Below are positions 39,801 to 52,313 of a stretch of DNA of 64,000 bases, piece after piece. The DNA lies in the NCBI GenBank assembly GCA_043228905.1, contig JBHGNT010000014.1, positions 12,586,001 to 12,650,000 of the forward strand, read 5' to 3'. Source of the stretch: Azolla caroliniana. Its lineage: Eukaryota > Plantae > Polypodiophyta. Position numbers and translations under genes: made by a program. Under the pieces are notes generated by a model, which saw only the letters and a program-made list of their open reading frames with translations, was not told the DNA's origin and did not search any database. Position 1 is the first letter of the stretch, and each line of letters opens with the position of its first letter.

Positions 39801-40403
39801 TCCTCTTGCGTACTACCTTTGTTGATTTTGGTAGTAGCCACAGATGACTTGGATCCTCCTTCCCCAGTTGAGTCAAATAAATTCTTTTTACTCGTGTACT
39901 TCATGAAGGAGCCAGAATCTCGTTTTGTCGGAGATCGAATCTTCAATCTAAATGAAGGAACTTTTTGTCTGGGTTCACTGAAATTAAAAACGTTGGTGAA
40001 AACATAGAAACAACGTACAATTTTATCTAAATCACGCAAATTATCATTTAAATTACGTCAATTTTATGGTCCCATGCGATAGTTTTTTATCGCAAAAACA
40101 ACATTTTTTTCAACCAAAATCCGATGCAGTGCATCGGATTTTGGTTGAAGGCAGGACCTTTCAACGCAAATCTAATGCACTGCATCGGATTTTGGTTGAA
40201 AAAAATGACTTTCAACGCAAATCCGATGCACTGCATCGGATTTTGGTTGAAGGTCTTGGCTTTCAGAATTGCTTTCCAAGTTCGTTGTACAAAATAAAAT
40301 AAAATTTCTATGTGTTGAGGAAAGGAATCTTTAAGGAATCTTTAGGAATCTTAAAAAATGTAATGAATATTACTAACCTGACGATTGTCTTTCCCTTGTT
40401 CAT
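36804..40403 (-). pseudogene. ParB/Srx-like domain fused to beta-class DNA amino-methyltransferase, copy 2; exons 40403-40378, 39977-38340, 38257-38119, 38050-37587, 37497-37208, 37117-36804
   Basis: The spliced product is MNKGKTIVSEPRQK... YYVIGGSHSAEARRQL... LLIADIPYG... HW-IKTN... PYQKPQRLINRLIELFSNPDDWVLDLFSGTG-TTTACALKMFRNCVALEKD. All introns are GT-AG and in phase. Only one premature stop was seen (about 38714, CAG->TAG). Confidence 0.88.
40109..40251. repeat. Three 41-bp palindromes TTCAACCAAAATCCGATGC-NNN-GCATCGGATTTTGGTTGAA at 51-bp period, within intron 1
   Basis: Starts at 40109, 40160 and 40211. A degenerate TGCGATA..TATCGCA lies at about 40075-40094. Confidence 0.95.
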
Positions 40404-40700
40404 GGTTCGTGCCAGAGGTAGTGCTGTCCACGATGTGCTTCTGAGTGCTTGAAAATTGGCCCGTGCTCTGAGCTCAATGGATTCTTTCACGTGATAATGA
40501 AAATGAAATTTCTAACCTCCTTATATAGAAGACTTTAGCATTCTTTTTAAAATAAAAAATAATTTTTAATTATTTGTTTTTTAGGAAAATTTTGGAAAAT
40601 AATATAGTTAATCTAAGTGTTTGGGTAGTTATATAGTTAGGCTTCAGCATTCCTTAATTTTCTCAAAAGAAGGTTTTAGAATACAGTTAGACTCCCTCAA

Positions 40701-43372
40701 ATGTCTTCTTCTACAAGTAGAACATCTCTTTTTTCTATTGCCCCCTTTTCATTGTCAGACAACTCGTATTTCTTAATAGAAGAGTACGACCACAAAAAAC
40801 ATTCGCGGCTTAAACAGAAAAGTGTGGCTCCTAGTACTTCGAATTCTCTGTTTTCAATTGATCCTATTGATGGCCCTCTTCATGCAAGCTTACAAGCGGA
40901 CGATTCTTCGTCGATAGATAACAATAGCATTACTAAACCTCTAGCATTTAAAAGAGTTCCTCGACAAGTTAGTGAAAAGAGATTTAATTTCTTATGTTCC
41001 GATCGTCAACTTCTATGCGACTTGAACAAATCGTGTTGTGCGAATCTCTGTCTATCAACTTATGGAAAGTCAAGGTTACGTGAAACACGACAAAAATACT
41101 TGTCGCTTAATGGGGAAGAGCAAGATACATTTCTTCTTTCGCATATGCAACTTAAATTGGATCACAAAGCAGGGCCTAATTCAACGCAAGTTGAATATTT
41201 CCTTGGACTATATACCAAGTGTTGTCGAGCAGCTTTTAAAATCACTCATAGCATTGGAAATATGCGGCTGCAACGAGTTCAAGAGCGACTTGTGAAGGGC
41301 TCCTGGGTACAGTTCGATCAAAATGGTTCTGGATGTAAGGGTCAAATTGGGCAACAGGCAATTAGGTGGATGGAGGTATATTTTTCAAAACAGTGCGAAG
41401 TTATGCCAACGACAGGAAGACTTCATTTGTCAGATAACTTTACTCGAAGGGAAGTTTACCAATCGTACAAGGACGACATGTCTTCCGATGTTGAGCCTTA
41501 CATACAGTACAGGCATTTTAATCGACTATGGAGGTTACAATTTAATAACGTGGTTATCCCACGAAAGGTGCGAATGGGAGTCTGTTCAATATGTGCAAGT
41601 TTAAAAAGTATGGCCAAGGGTGGAAAATCAGATGTAGAGATCAAGAATTACAAGAACTTGTTAAAAGAACATCGTGAAAGTTAGCATTGGAACGTACTAA
41701 GGCTATGCATCACTGACAAAAAGCGTTTCAATCTCCCGAAAAGTATATGTGCATGATTATTGACGGCATGGATCAAAAGAAAACTTGTTTGCCGCATTTT
41801 CAAAGACTCCCCAAGGATATTGGAGATGAGTGTCTCGTGCAAATGCATCTAGTGGGTTGTTTGACATATTGTCAAACTATAAGACCGCAAGTGTTCTTAA
41901 CTTATCCCAATATCCACAACGACCCTAATCTTACTGTCACTGTCATGCACAGGGTATTGCAATCATGGTCAGGTATACTCCCGCCAGTTCTATATGTGCA
42001 ACTAGACAACACAGCAAGAGAGAATAAGAACTCAACTGTCTTCGGCTATCTAAGCATGCTAGTAGAGAGGGGCATATTTAAAAAGATAAAGGTTAACTTC
42101 TTGTTGGTTGGTCATATCCATGATCACATAGATCAAATGTTCAGTAGGTTCTCAAAGAAACTTGCTCGCTGTAATGCTTTCACACTTCCCACGCTATCCA
42201 AATTGATTAGTTAAGCATATACACCAAAGCTTGAAGTACAACACTTGGAAGAAGTATACGACTTTAAACGTTTCTGCATGGATAGTGACGGGACTAAAGG
42301 TAGGGTGCTTGCACCTCTTAATAATATAAGTTTCAACCATGTCTTCCTCATAAAACAAAGATCGGCCCACCTGAAGATGACGGTGTTGTTTGCGAAACAA
42401 TACTCATCTAGTGCACAATGGGAGCCCCAAGAAGGTTGTAGGCTCCTTCTTCATATCCCAGATGAACCTCTACATGGTGCACAACAAATGCCATATGATG
42501 ATCGTAAAAATGTAGCACCAAATAGTACTATTGATGAACAAAGGGCATATTGGTTGAGATGTCTAGTAGAGAAACAAAATAATATTGATCGGACTAAGAA
42601 GTATGCCGATGATGAGGATGTTGAATGGTGGGAGATTTTCTTCACCCATCAACGCACCATTTTAGATAATTACATCGCCGGTTTATGGCCAATCCGTATC
42701 CCATTCACATGGAACATTGGGATGACATCAACGATATCGCAGACTCATCAACAACATTCGAATAATATGGAGCTTCATGATTTAGTTCGGCCACTGCAAA
42801 GAGATATTTATGTGGGACCAAGAAAGTCACGTACTGTTGAGGCAAGATGGCAAGGTAATTTGCAAGAACTACAAGTGGGAATGTTGGTTGCAACATTAGC
42901 AGGGGACGATACCTTGGGCCATCCATTTTGGATTGCAAAAATTATTGAATTAGTAAGGGATGAAGAAAGTAGTTAGACAAAGTCAATAGTAGTCCATTGG
43001 TATCAGACAAATTCAACTGATGCATTTACAGGAAAGTATTCTTTAGAGATGGTTAAGGATGTCGGATGTTCAAGCAGAAAGAGAAGAAGAAAGAATATAC
43101 CGAGCACGGCTACTCTCGCACTAGACCGTGTTGACATACTAGTATATGACTTCTCATTGACAAAATCAGGTCATCTAAGACAAGCAACTATCAAGATAAT
43201 AAAGGAGAAAATCCCAAACATGGTGTCAAACGAAATACAGAGAATAACCAGAAGCAATTCTCATAACCACAAAGATGTTGGGTTGGAATTGGATGAGGAT
43301 AATGCTTTGATTGCCACTGATGATGAGGATGAGACGTCAGAATGCTCTTCTAGTCCATCAAACATGTCTTAA
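40701..43372 (+). pseudogene. Sola-like DDD transposase with N-terminal Cys clusters and a C-terminal BAH/PWWP-like segment; one frameshift and several stops
   Basis: Catalytic-type motifs IIDGMDQ, QLDNTARENKN and FLLVGHIHDHIDQMFS; CCANLC and GVCSIC; C-terminal LQVGMLVA..PFWIAKIIE..IVVHWY. ORF pieces 40701..41684, 41747..42214, 42245..42976 and 43049..43372. Confidence 0.82.
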
Positions 43373-43666
43373 TATATTGGTTTGGTTCAAGCTGGGGATT
43401 GTTTTACTACATGATCGGAAACTTTGTAAATTTGTTTTGGATGTAAACTCACGAATATGTATAATTGTAACTGGTAGACATGTTGTACATTATTTTGTAA
43501 TTTTGGTGATGTATTTTTGGAGGCATTTTACTTATGACTCAAAGTGGTAGTCATGTTGAAATTCAATATATTTTGCCACCTTTTCTGAAAAGCTTTACGC
43601 ATGCGTCGTGTCTTTTTGAAAACTGCGTGCTTTTGTGCCCTTTTCCGACGTAGTGTTCTCATAATG

Positions 43667-43699
43667 CGACATATTACCTGTTTCAAATGACCCGGTGTT
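43667..43699 (-). repeat. Right terminal inverted repeat
   Basis: cgacatattacctgtttcaaatgacccggtgtt. Confidence 0.95.
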
Positions 43700-45289
43700 C
43701 AAGGTAATGATTAAGAAATATGATTATCTTAATGAAGTAAATAGTTACTAAGTGGGACACATTTATATCTCAATTAATCTATGTAAAAACACTACAAAAG
43801 GAAAATTGGCTCTTAATGAGGACTAAAGGTAACCCCAAAGTTGGGGCACCCAAATGCCTCATCGATATAAGATTTCTACAAGTTGGAAACCCTAAAGGGT
43901 GCCTTTTACATTATAACCCAATTCGCCATTATCTAATTTTACATAATAAATGATATTTTCCGACAAATTATTATATGAATATGTTTCATACATTCAGCCT
44001 ATAACTAATATTTTCCTTAGAGGGTTATTAAAACTAAAGACTACAATATTATTTTGCTTAACATTGTATGAGTCATGTAGGTAATATTCTTGCCTCCCAG
44101 GGGCTTTAGGGTCATGATTCTCTGTTTGTATTTGCTCCTACTTTACAATTTGGAGATTTGGTCTTTATCCATCACTTTGAATTATCTCCATGCTTGAATA
44201 AAGGATTGCGTTTGTATATGGCCATTGCTATAATGGCAGTAGCTTTGGGAACCTCTTGTAAATGTGTGGTATCTTCTTGTCTAATGTTTGCAAAGAGATT
44301 AACTAGGGAAGGAACAATCAATAGATTTTTGTGTGGTTCTTAATGTTGTGGAAGATGGAAGAGCACCAAGGAAAACCTTTTTTTAGTTAGTAGAATCCAA
44401 TTTTCTTTGGCAAATTAAAAGAAATACCCCAATTGATTGATTGTTAGTCATTTTGATGATTACAAGTGGTTGAAGTGTGTGGACTTTGTTGATCATTATT
44501 CCTAGGTTCAAAAATATTTGGTAGATATGCTTCCTAAATTTGGCACATTTTGTCGTTATGTTAATTTGACGCTAAAACAATGGGTATTCGTACAATGCAC
44601 ATATCTCGACCTAAAGTCAGAGATAGAAGTCAATTTCCTTTGTCTAAAATAATGAGGATTGATTCAATACCTTTGTAAATTATGGCAAGCATGGAGTTAC
44701 AACACACCTATGAAGTTTGAAGGGAGGGAGTAGTGTTAGGCGAAGTCTCCGGAACAGTGTCAACATTTCGATTAGGTTGAGACTTTTGCCGGCCAATGTT
44801 GGGGAGAGCCAGAACTGATTCGGGCTACAATTTCCCATAAATCGGAATCTAGCCGGTTCATATTTTTTGAACTGACTATTTATGCATTTGTTTTAAAATG
44901 TAAAAAAAAACGTTTTCCACCTCTTTCCAAGTCCGATCACCACCGGAGATGTGAATATAGGGTATTGCAAAAATTGAGATTTATGTTTTGTGTTTTCCTT
45001 TGTTGTGAGTAGGATAAGATTTTGCATTCCACTAGAGGAGGCCACATGGTTATTGCTACGAATGATGGGGTTACTATATGGAAATCTCTCCACATCGACA
45101 ATCCTGCTGCAAAAGTGCTAGTTGGTTAGTTGTCCCGTAACATAATTCTCTTTGCATATTGTTCTAGGCAGCATTGTTTGGGAAATATTGCTTGAGTTCT
45201 CTATTCGTGCATGAAATATGATAGGAAACTATGAGAAAACACTGTAATCTTACCAGAGTTGAGTAGAAAAAATTTGATCAGTAAGCTAA

Positions 45290-48200
45290 CAAAAGAACTA
45301 CACGTTGTTGCGAAGATGCGTGTGCGTGCGTGCTCCGCTTGAACGGGACCACCGGGGTCTCGGACCGGGGAGGACGTTCGCCAAATTGTCGAAAAGATGA
45401 CGATGTGTATGTAGGTGTCGAGGAAACTAATGTCACACTTGAGAAGATCGAAGATTTTTATACTTGAGAAGAAGATAGATGTCAAGAAGAAGAATAAGAA
45501 GAGTATTATATTATTATCAATGATAATGATCTCCAAATTGACCCCCCCCTTTACACAAGCCTTACGAGGGTTTTTATAGGTATATCCATGCTTTTAACAT
45601 GCACAAAACCATGGGCTTGGACCCATGGTTTTTGGGCACACGGTTTTTCTTGTGGCATGCACAAAACCATGGGCTTGGAACATGGTTTTGTGCACACGGT
45701 TTTGTACGGTTGTTTTCCTATGCCTTTTGAATATGAAAAGAAATACATAATATCTAATGTACTTGGTAGTAGCCCTAATGGTAAGATAAATGTCTTCTAT
45801 CTTGGAGGTGCAAGGTTCAAATCTTGCTTGCATCCCTCTATATGCACTCGAATGCCACTAGGCCCTAGGATAATTTTTATATTTATAATCACTTATGTAA
45901 TGTGCATGGAACTACACTATTTCACAATTTCTCCCATTGGACACACAACATCATGACATCCACCCCCACCAAACCGCACATCCTCCAGCATGTGCCAAGA
46001 AGAAAAGAGTGATGTGGTGGACTCATAGGTGGTTGGCCTTTGATTTCTTTCTTCCTTACGCCTCGCCTGCGTCGGCCTTTGTCCTCCATTTTGAGCACAT
46101 GCATTCCTTCCACCCGAACGATCGTCGCCATCCGATCAACCATATCATTCACTCGCCCTTTGCATTGCCATGTCTGGTTGTCATGGCTCCCTATGCTCCT
46201 CCCGAGCATAATGCTTCATGCCTTGTGCATGTGCCACCTTCATCTCAACCATCTCCTTGGTCACCTAACTTTCCTTTATCATCCTTTCTCATCTCATGCT
46301 TGCCTTTCCTTATGCTCACCAGCCTCGACCAATCAGCTCATGGCTTGGTCGGCCTTCGTCTGGATTCGCATTCGGCCGAATCAAACTCAGACGATCGACT
46401 TCCATCCGGGTCCGTTTTCGTCTGGTTTTAGGTTGGGCCGGGCCCGGTTGATCAACTCTCATCCGGGTCTGCTTCCGTTCGGGTCGGAATACCAACCGCG
46501 TCATCTTCCATCCGGATTGTATTCCGGTTCTTCCCTTCATGCCGCTCTCTAGGTCTTCATTGAACTCTATTGTAACTTTGTTTTTTGCCTCCTTATTGGC
46601 CACCGTTCCTTCGTATGAGCTAGCTTCGATCCTCATCTCCTCGCCGCCACCTTCCATCTCTCCAGTCTTATGTTGGCTCTCAGGCGCAACTGCCGAAGTC
46701 TCCGGAACCGGTGTGGAGGGATCCCTTCGTCTATGGCCATCCTCCTCATCGCCGTTTTGGTTCTTTGATTTCCTGCCACCACCTTCCGTCTCTCTGGTTT
46801 CATGTTGACACTCGGGCACAACTACCGAAGTCTCAGGAACAATTGTGGGGAGAACCTCGGCACCATTGGTCACTGTCGACTCATCCATAGACATCTTTCC
46901 CTCAACGTTGTTATTCGCATTGGCTTCAATCTTTTCTTCCCCACCACTTTCCGTCTCTTGGGTCTTATGTTGGCTCTCGGACGCAACTGCCCAAGTCTCT
47001 AGATCAACTATTGGGAAAGTCTCGACACGACCATCTGCCATCGTCTCGTCCATAGCCATCTCTATCTCGATGTCGTTTCTCATGGCTACCTCCTCAATCA
47101 TGTCGACCTTGCACTTTTTATCTCCCTCGATCACGCAAGCTTTGCTCACACTTGCACCTTCATCACTTGATATTTCGGACACAATGTCTCTTCAACCTCA
47201 ACTTGCGCCCTTAAGTTCTCGAATGCCTCTCTCATAAAGACTCCTATGTCAAGCATCGTCAAGCCTTCCCTCTTTGAGCTTGCTTCCTTTGGTGGTGGCA
47301 TGTTGCTGCATCTTGTCCTCCTTCTATCGTCCCTCATCGGTTGTGACATTGTCGACAAGATTCCTATCCTCCTCTTGTCATGTTGTTGGCATACCCTTTT
47401 CACTTCGGCCCAATTTTCAATGAGGTCGTTCACACCATCATCGTCCTCGAGTTGGATTCCAATGGCTATCCTTTTCTTCCGATCAATCGACTTGACGAAC
47501 ATTAAGACTTTATTCGCCCCCACAAATCCTTATTCCCGCTCCAAGAGTTGAGTGAACCGACACTCAAACTCAATGAATGCATGCATAGCACTCTGGTGGG
47601 TCTTCCTCGATGACACCCATTGGTCAAACTTGTATAGACCTCGTCCCTTCGGCTCTTCATGATCATATGCCTCTCGTAAAGCTTCTTCGAAGGACACCCA
47701 CGAATCGTGAGCTTTTTGAAGCTCTTTCATATCTTTGTAGATTGGTTCGGCCACCACTCGACAAAAGTACTCTAGCCTCATTGCTTCATTCACATATCTT
47801 GAATCCATTTTGGCATTGTAGGCCTCTAGAAAATTTTGGACTTTGCCTCCGTCGAAACAACCGACTCGCTCGACCATGCTTTCGATGGCTTGTTGGGCCG
47901 CATCTCGTCTTTTCCCTTCTCTTGAAAATTCCATTATCATCTTTGACATTGCCTCCATGAGATATTCCTCGTCCATCTTCATCCTCCCCTGCCGCTCTTC
48001 ACGTCAAGTTCACCAAAAGAGAAAGCGAAGATTCGCGCGTGCGTGTGCTACTCGAGCGACCACCGGGGTCTTGGACTGGGGAGGATGTTCGCGGAATTAT
48101 CGAAGAGATGATGATCAATGTAAGATTGGATGAAATTTGTTCACTTGGGAAGAAGAAAGATTGTACACTTGAGAAGTAGAAAAATATGAAGAAGATAAAG

Positions 48201-48590
48201 ACGAATATAATTATATTGATGATAGTGGTGTTGGTGATATCACCTATTGAGCCCCCCCTTACACAAGCCTTACTAGAGGCTTTTATAGGTCTCTCCATGC
48301 TTGTGACATGCTCATGGGCTGAAAACCATGGTTTTGTGTACACGGTTTTGACTGTTTCCTACGTATGAAATACTGAATATGAAAAGAAAATATACAAAAT
48401 GTAAAGCATGTAGTAGTAGCTTTAGTGGTATGATAATTGCTTCTTATCTTAGACATGCAAGGTTGAAATTCTCCTTGCAACCCTCAATATGCACTCGATG
48501 TCATCATGTCCTAGGTTTATTTATTATTATTTTCATTTTTACAAGTATTTGTGTAATGTGCATGTATGCTCAATTTTTCACTTTTTCTCG
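45290..48590 (-). mobile_element. Retroelement remnant: diverged direct repeats of about 600 bp (45290-45930, 48005-48590) flanking gag-like ORFs
   Basis: Both repeats share gcgtgcgtg..caccggggtct.ggac.gggagga.gttcg, ccccccttacacaagcctt and catggttttgtg. Internal minus-strand ORFs are MVERVGCFDGGKVQNFLEAY (gag-like) and an acidic repeat ORF, 46316..47182. Exact termini are unresolved. Confidence 0.6.
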
Positions 48591-49713
48591 CATGCTCAAT
48601 TTTTCACTTTTTCTCGCATTAAACACGCCACATCACTACAACGTTTTCTTTTATAAATGTTTTTATTTCCATTCGGGCAACACTCTGAATAATACAAACC
48701 TCCTATTGGAAATAAATCTTTCAATTTATGTAGTGAAAATTGTGAGATAACACCTTAAATGTGACTTATAAATATTTCCAATTGGCAAGCTCATATATTT
48801 TGATTGTTATTTTAGTGAATGATGTGCCAACTTTATTCTGGAGATCTCCTTTTAAGGAGAACACACGAAATGTTTACGGTTCATGTCACTTTATGTTTTT
48901 GTTTGTACACATATATCAAAAGTTCAAGATGATGAGGTTGGAGATGGGACAAAGTCAGTGGTCATTCTAGTAGGGGAACTTTTATGAGAAGTAAAAAAAC
49001 TTATAGCGAAAAACATACACCCAATGACCATTGAAGGTATTGTTTGCATCAATGTCAAACCTTTTACATTTTGATCTTTTTATCGAACTTCCTTTCTCTA
49101 CGTAATGACTAAGCCTATGAATGCATATTGGGACATTATATTGACATTAATGTTTGCATACATTAAAAGTGATACAAAAAACTATGTTCAAAAGGGTTTA
49201 GTGTTTGTATATCGTCAATATTCATACATGCCTTTGTGTACAAGGCTATACAAGGATGTGCTCATTGATGAGCTCAATGTTGTTGATACTCGATTTGTTA
49301 GGGCGCCATGGGAGCAAACATTTGGGGATAGAGAAATCGTTGGAATTTCCTAGTTATCACATTATGGGGTCCTTTTTATAGGTTAGTTTTGGTTGTTTTT
49401 ACTTGTTTGGGGAACCTAACTCAACTCTTCTTAGAACTTGTATTCTCGAAGAGTGCAATAGCTATTCTGAGAAGTTTTACCAATCAAACAGAAATCATAT
49501 AGTATGCTTCTTACATTTCAAAGCTATGTTAGAATCAAAATGTGATGCTAGTTCGGGATCATTGAATAATGTATCAAAACATATTATCATGCTAGTTTTG
49601 ATGATTTGATTGATCGGCAAATTGTTTCTTGTATGCAAAAACAAGGATTGTGCTTGCAATATAATGTATATAACAAATGTTGTAACAACAAGACATAATA
49701 AATGTTAACACTT

Positions 49714-51045
49714 CTTTTTTTTTCAAAAAATGATACTACATTAGTATTAGAAAACACTATAAGGCTATATGTACATACAAGATATACCCCAGATCCCCTA
49801 TACTTTTCTAAATTCTAAGCATGGGCTTAAATAAATACTTTGGTGCTGAGTAAAACCACTCCACCCTATCAACAAGCCGTCTATAAAATATACCTATGTC
49901 CTAGATGGCATGAAACTCCTAACGCTTAAGCTCCGCTTGGTGAGTATTACCTTTTATACTATCCAACAACCCTTTGAGATTACGCACAATCTCTATCCAA
50001 ATTCCCGAAATTATTTGGGAAGGTCTTTCAATCACATTTTGAAAGACCTTCAAACATCGAGCCTTCCAAATATACCAAATTGTAATACTAATTACCAATT
50101 GCCATATTTGAGGTTTATCAGTTTATATTTGTGGATTCAAAGGTATCTAAATTTTTTCCATCAAACCATATCTCATCACAATAGCATCTGCAACCTCCTC
50201 CTGTTCATATACCATAGGTTTATGATGTACCATCGCCCATAATACTACACTCCTCTAGGATATACTGGAGTTAATAATTTTATTATTCGTTTCCATATGT
50301 TTATAGCAAAACCACAACTCCATAAACAATGTTTTGTAGTCTCTACTAAATCCGTACAGAAAGGGCACATCTTGTCTACATTTCCTTTTCGCCACCCATT
50401 AATTGGTATAGCTTTATTATTGAGCGAGCAAGCTCAACGTGGGCCGGATCGGCCGAATAACCCGAGAGCTGAAACGGAGAAGCCGAATCGGTGAGCCCGA
50501 TTTGGGTGCCGGATCAGATATCCAGACCCATGTGCGAACTAGTAGGCCGTTAGAAGCCTACGCTCCTAGTCTACTAGGTAGTTATGTTCCTAGGAGGTAG
50601 TGCTAGTACTTTTGTCAGTTGTTTTAAGGAGTTATATAAAAGTGTTCTCTGAGCACATTTGATGTATAGAGAGCACAGAGTGTTATTTTTTGAAATAGAG
50701 TTTTTTTGTGTTCTGTTCTCTCTCTCTATCTCTCCCACATACTGTCTATGCGTTTCAAGCTTTCCATTAAACCTTCGTTCTATTTTCTGTTGCTATCCAG
50801 CTCAGCCGGTTGTGTCTACAAGTGTCCGCACGTAACTCTTCACATTTATGAACCAACAACCATCGGAAACAAACAATTTTACTAGTGCTCATTTTTATAC
50901 CCCATAGCCATTTCCAAAATTGTTTGAGAAGTTGTAGAGAAAGTCCATTTCGTCTCCAAAAAACATTTGCAGTGGGCTCTTTCCATGATCTAGCACCTAT
51001 TATTTTCCTACCAATCTTCACAAAATATTGAAAGAAAGGCACATA
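49714..51045 (-). mobile_element. LINE 3' fragment (zf-RVT) with poly(A) tail, interrupted by a solo LTR
   Basis: KQFWKWLWGIK..KIVCFRWLLVHK continues after the LTR into CPFC..ET.KHC.W.C. There is a T-run at about 49714-49723. Confidence 0.7.
50418..50844 (+). mobile_element. Copia solo LTR with 5-bp TSD TTTAT
   Basis: tttat|TATTGAGCGAGCAAGCTCAAC...CTCTTCACA|tttat; homologous to the LTRs at 21652 and 63416. Confidence 0.88.
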
Positions 51046-52313
51046 TTTTATGTTATATTATGTGTTCACATAACACTTCTTGTTATTTTTTTCCATCTTG
51101 GTCAATTAAAATGTGTGTAATAGTTTATGTTATAAGGAAATGGATAGAATTTCCACCTAATATTGTGTAGTATTTCCTTTGAATGTTAACAATACAAGCA
51201 TTTTTGTTTTCGGACACGAGTAATTATATTATTGGAATGGAATGTTAGTTGAATCCTTCACTAGCAACAAATATTACATTTGATATAGAGTTTGGTACAC
51301 ATTGGTGCTAGGACTGGACATTAGTATCACATGCCTAGTTTCGACATGAATAATCCAAATAATGATTAATATCGTTTCTCATATAGTTCCAACATATTAA
51401 TTCATCAACTTCATCACAAAACCAACACATAATACTATGTTTTATCAACAACTACAATGGTAGTGGGTAAGCAATATAAATAAGATAAACCATATTGAAA
51501 GATAGGGTGCCACTCTCATACCTACTATTAAAGGAACACAAAACTATTGACTTTAACTTGCCTTCCCCCACATCCTAGGGCTAGTGGAGGATGAGTATCA
51601 CTTTCTTATTACATGCTTTGCATATAGTGCAATTTATGAAAAGTATGATGATGTATTAAGAGGGGGCAATTTTGTACTTAGATCCCATGGATCAATATCA
51701 GCATCTCTATGGACGTTAAAAAATATCTAATGGAATCGAAGTGCATACACCACAACTCACTTTAGATCAAATAGAGTATCTGAGAGGCCAATGAACAAAC
51801 GCTAGAGAGACACAAAATAATAATATACGAAACACCCCCTACACCATAGAAAAGAATGAGAAAAATTCAACTAGAAGCCAATATATGAGCCGATATCAAA
51901 TGATAACCTCTCGTTTACCGTGTCATTTGGAAAATAGATTAAGTATACTAGAGATGGAGGTTCCTTAGGGAAAGAATAACAATTAGACATGGGATGGGCC
52001 ACACGTTAAATGTAAAACCATTCAAAGAGTGACAAAGACTAGACTAGGATTGTTCATGTGGAGACTAATTATGTTTTCTATTTGGAGACTATCATGACTG
52101 AGCAATCCACACACGCGCACACGCAATTATAAATATAAATATATGGGTATGGTAACGTGGGTATAAAAAGGCGTTCATGCCAAGTGAGGCAGCAGAAGCA
52201 AGAGTAACCAAAACTATTGAGTAATATTTGTTTGGTCTTAGTGACTTATCTATCTATATCCTAGCATACTTTCCGTTTCAATTCTTATTTCATAGTCCTA
52301 AATTCTAATTATT

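Larger units (their letters stand above)
36006..43699. mobile_element. Complete DNA transposon copy 2 (about 7.7 kb): Sola-like transposase plus ParB-DNA methyltransferase cargo
   Basis: Perfect TIRs (G)AACACCGGGTCATTTGAAACAGGTAATATGTCG at 36005/6-36038 and the reverse complement at 43667-43699/700. The flanks read CAAG|element|CAAG (4-bp TSD). An alternative parse is a 34-bp TIR with AA. Confidence 0.92.

Noticed and set aside
41747-42214. HUH endonuclease (Helitron/Replitron) suggested by GHIHDH
   Set aside because: The surrounding DGMDQ / LDN..ENKN / HxxxD pattern together with TIRs and a TSD fit a DDD cut-and-paste transposase. No HUH-Y2 arrangement was seen.
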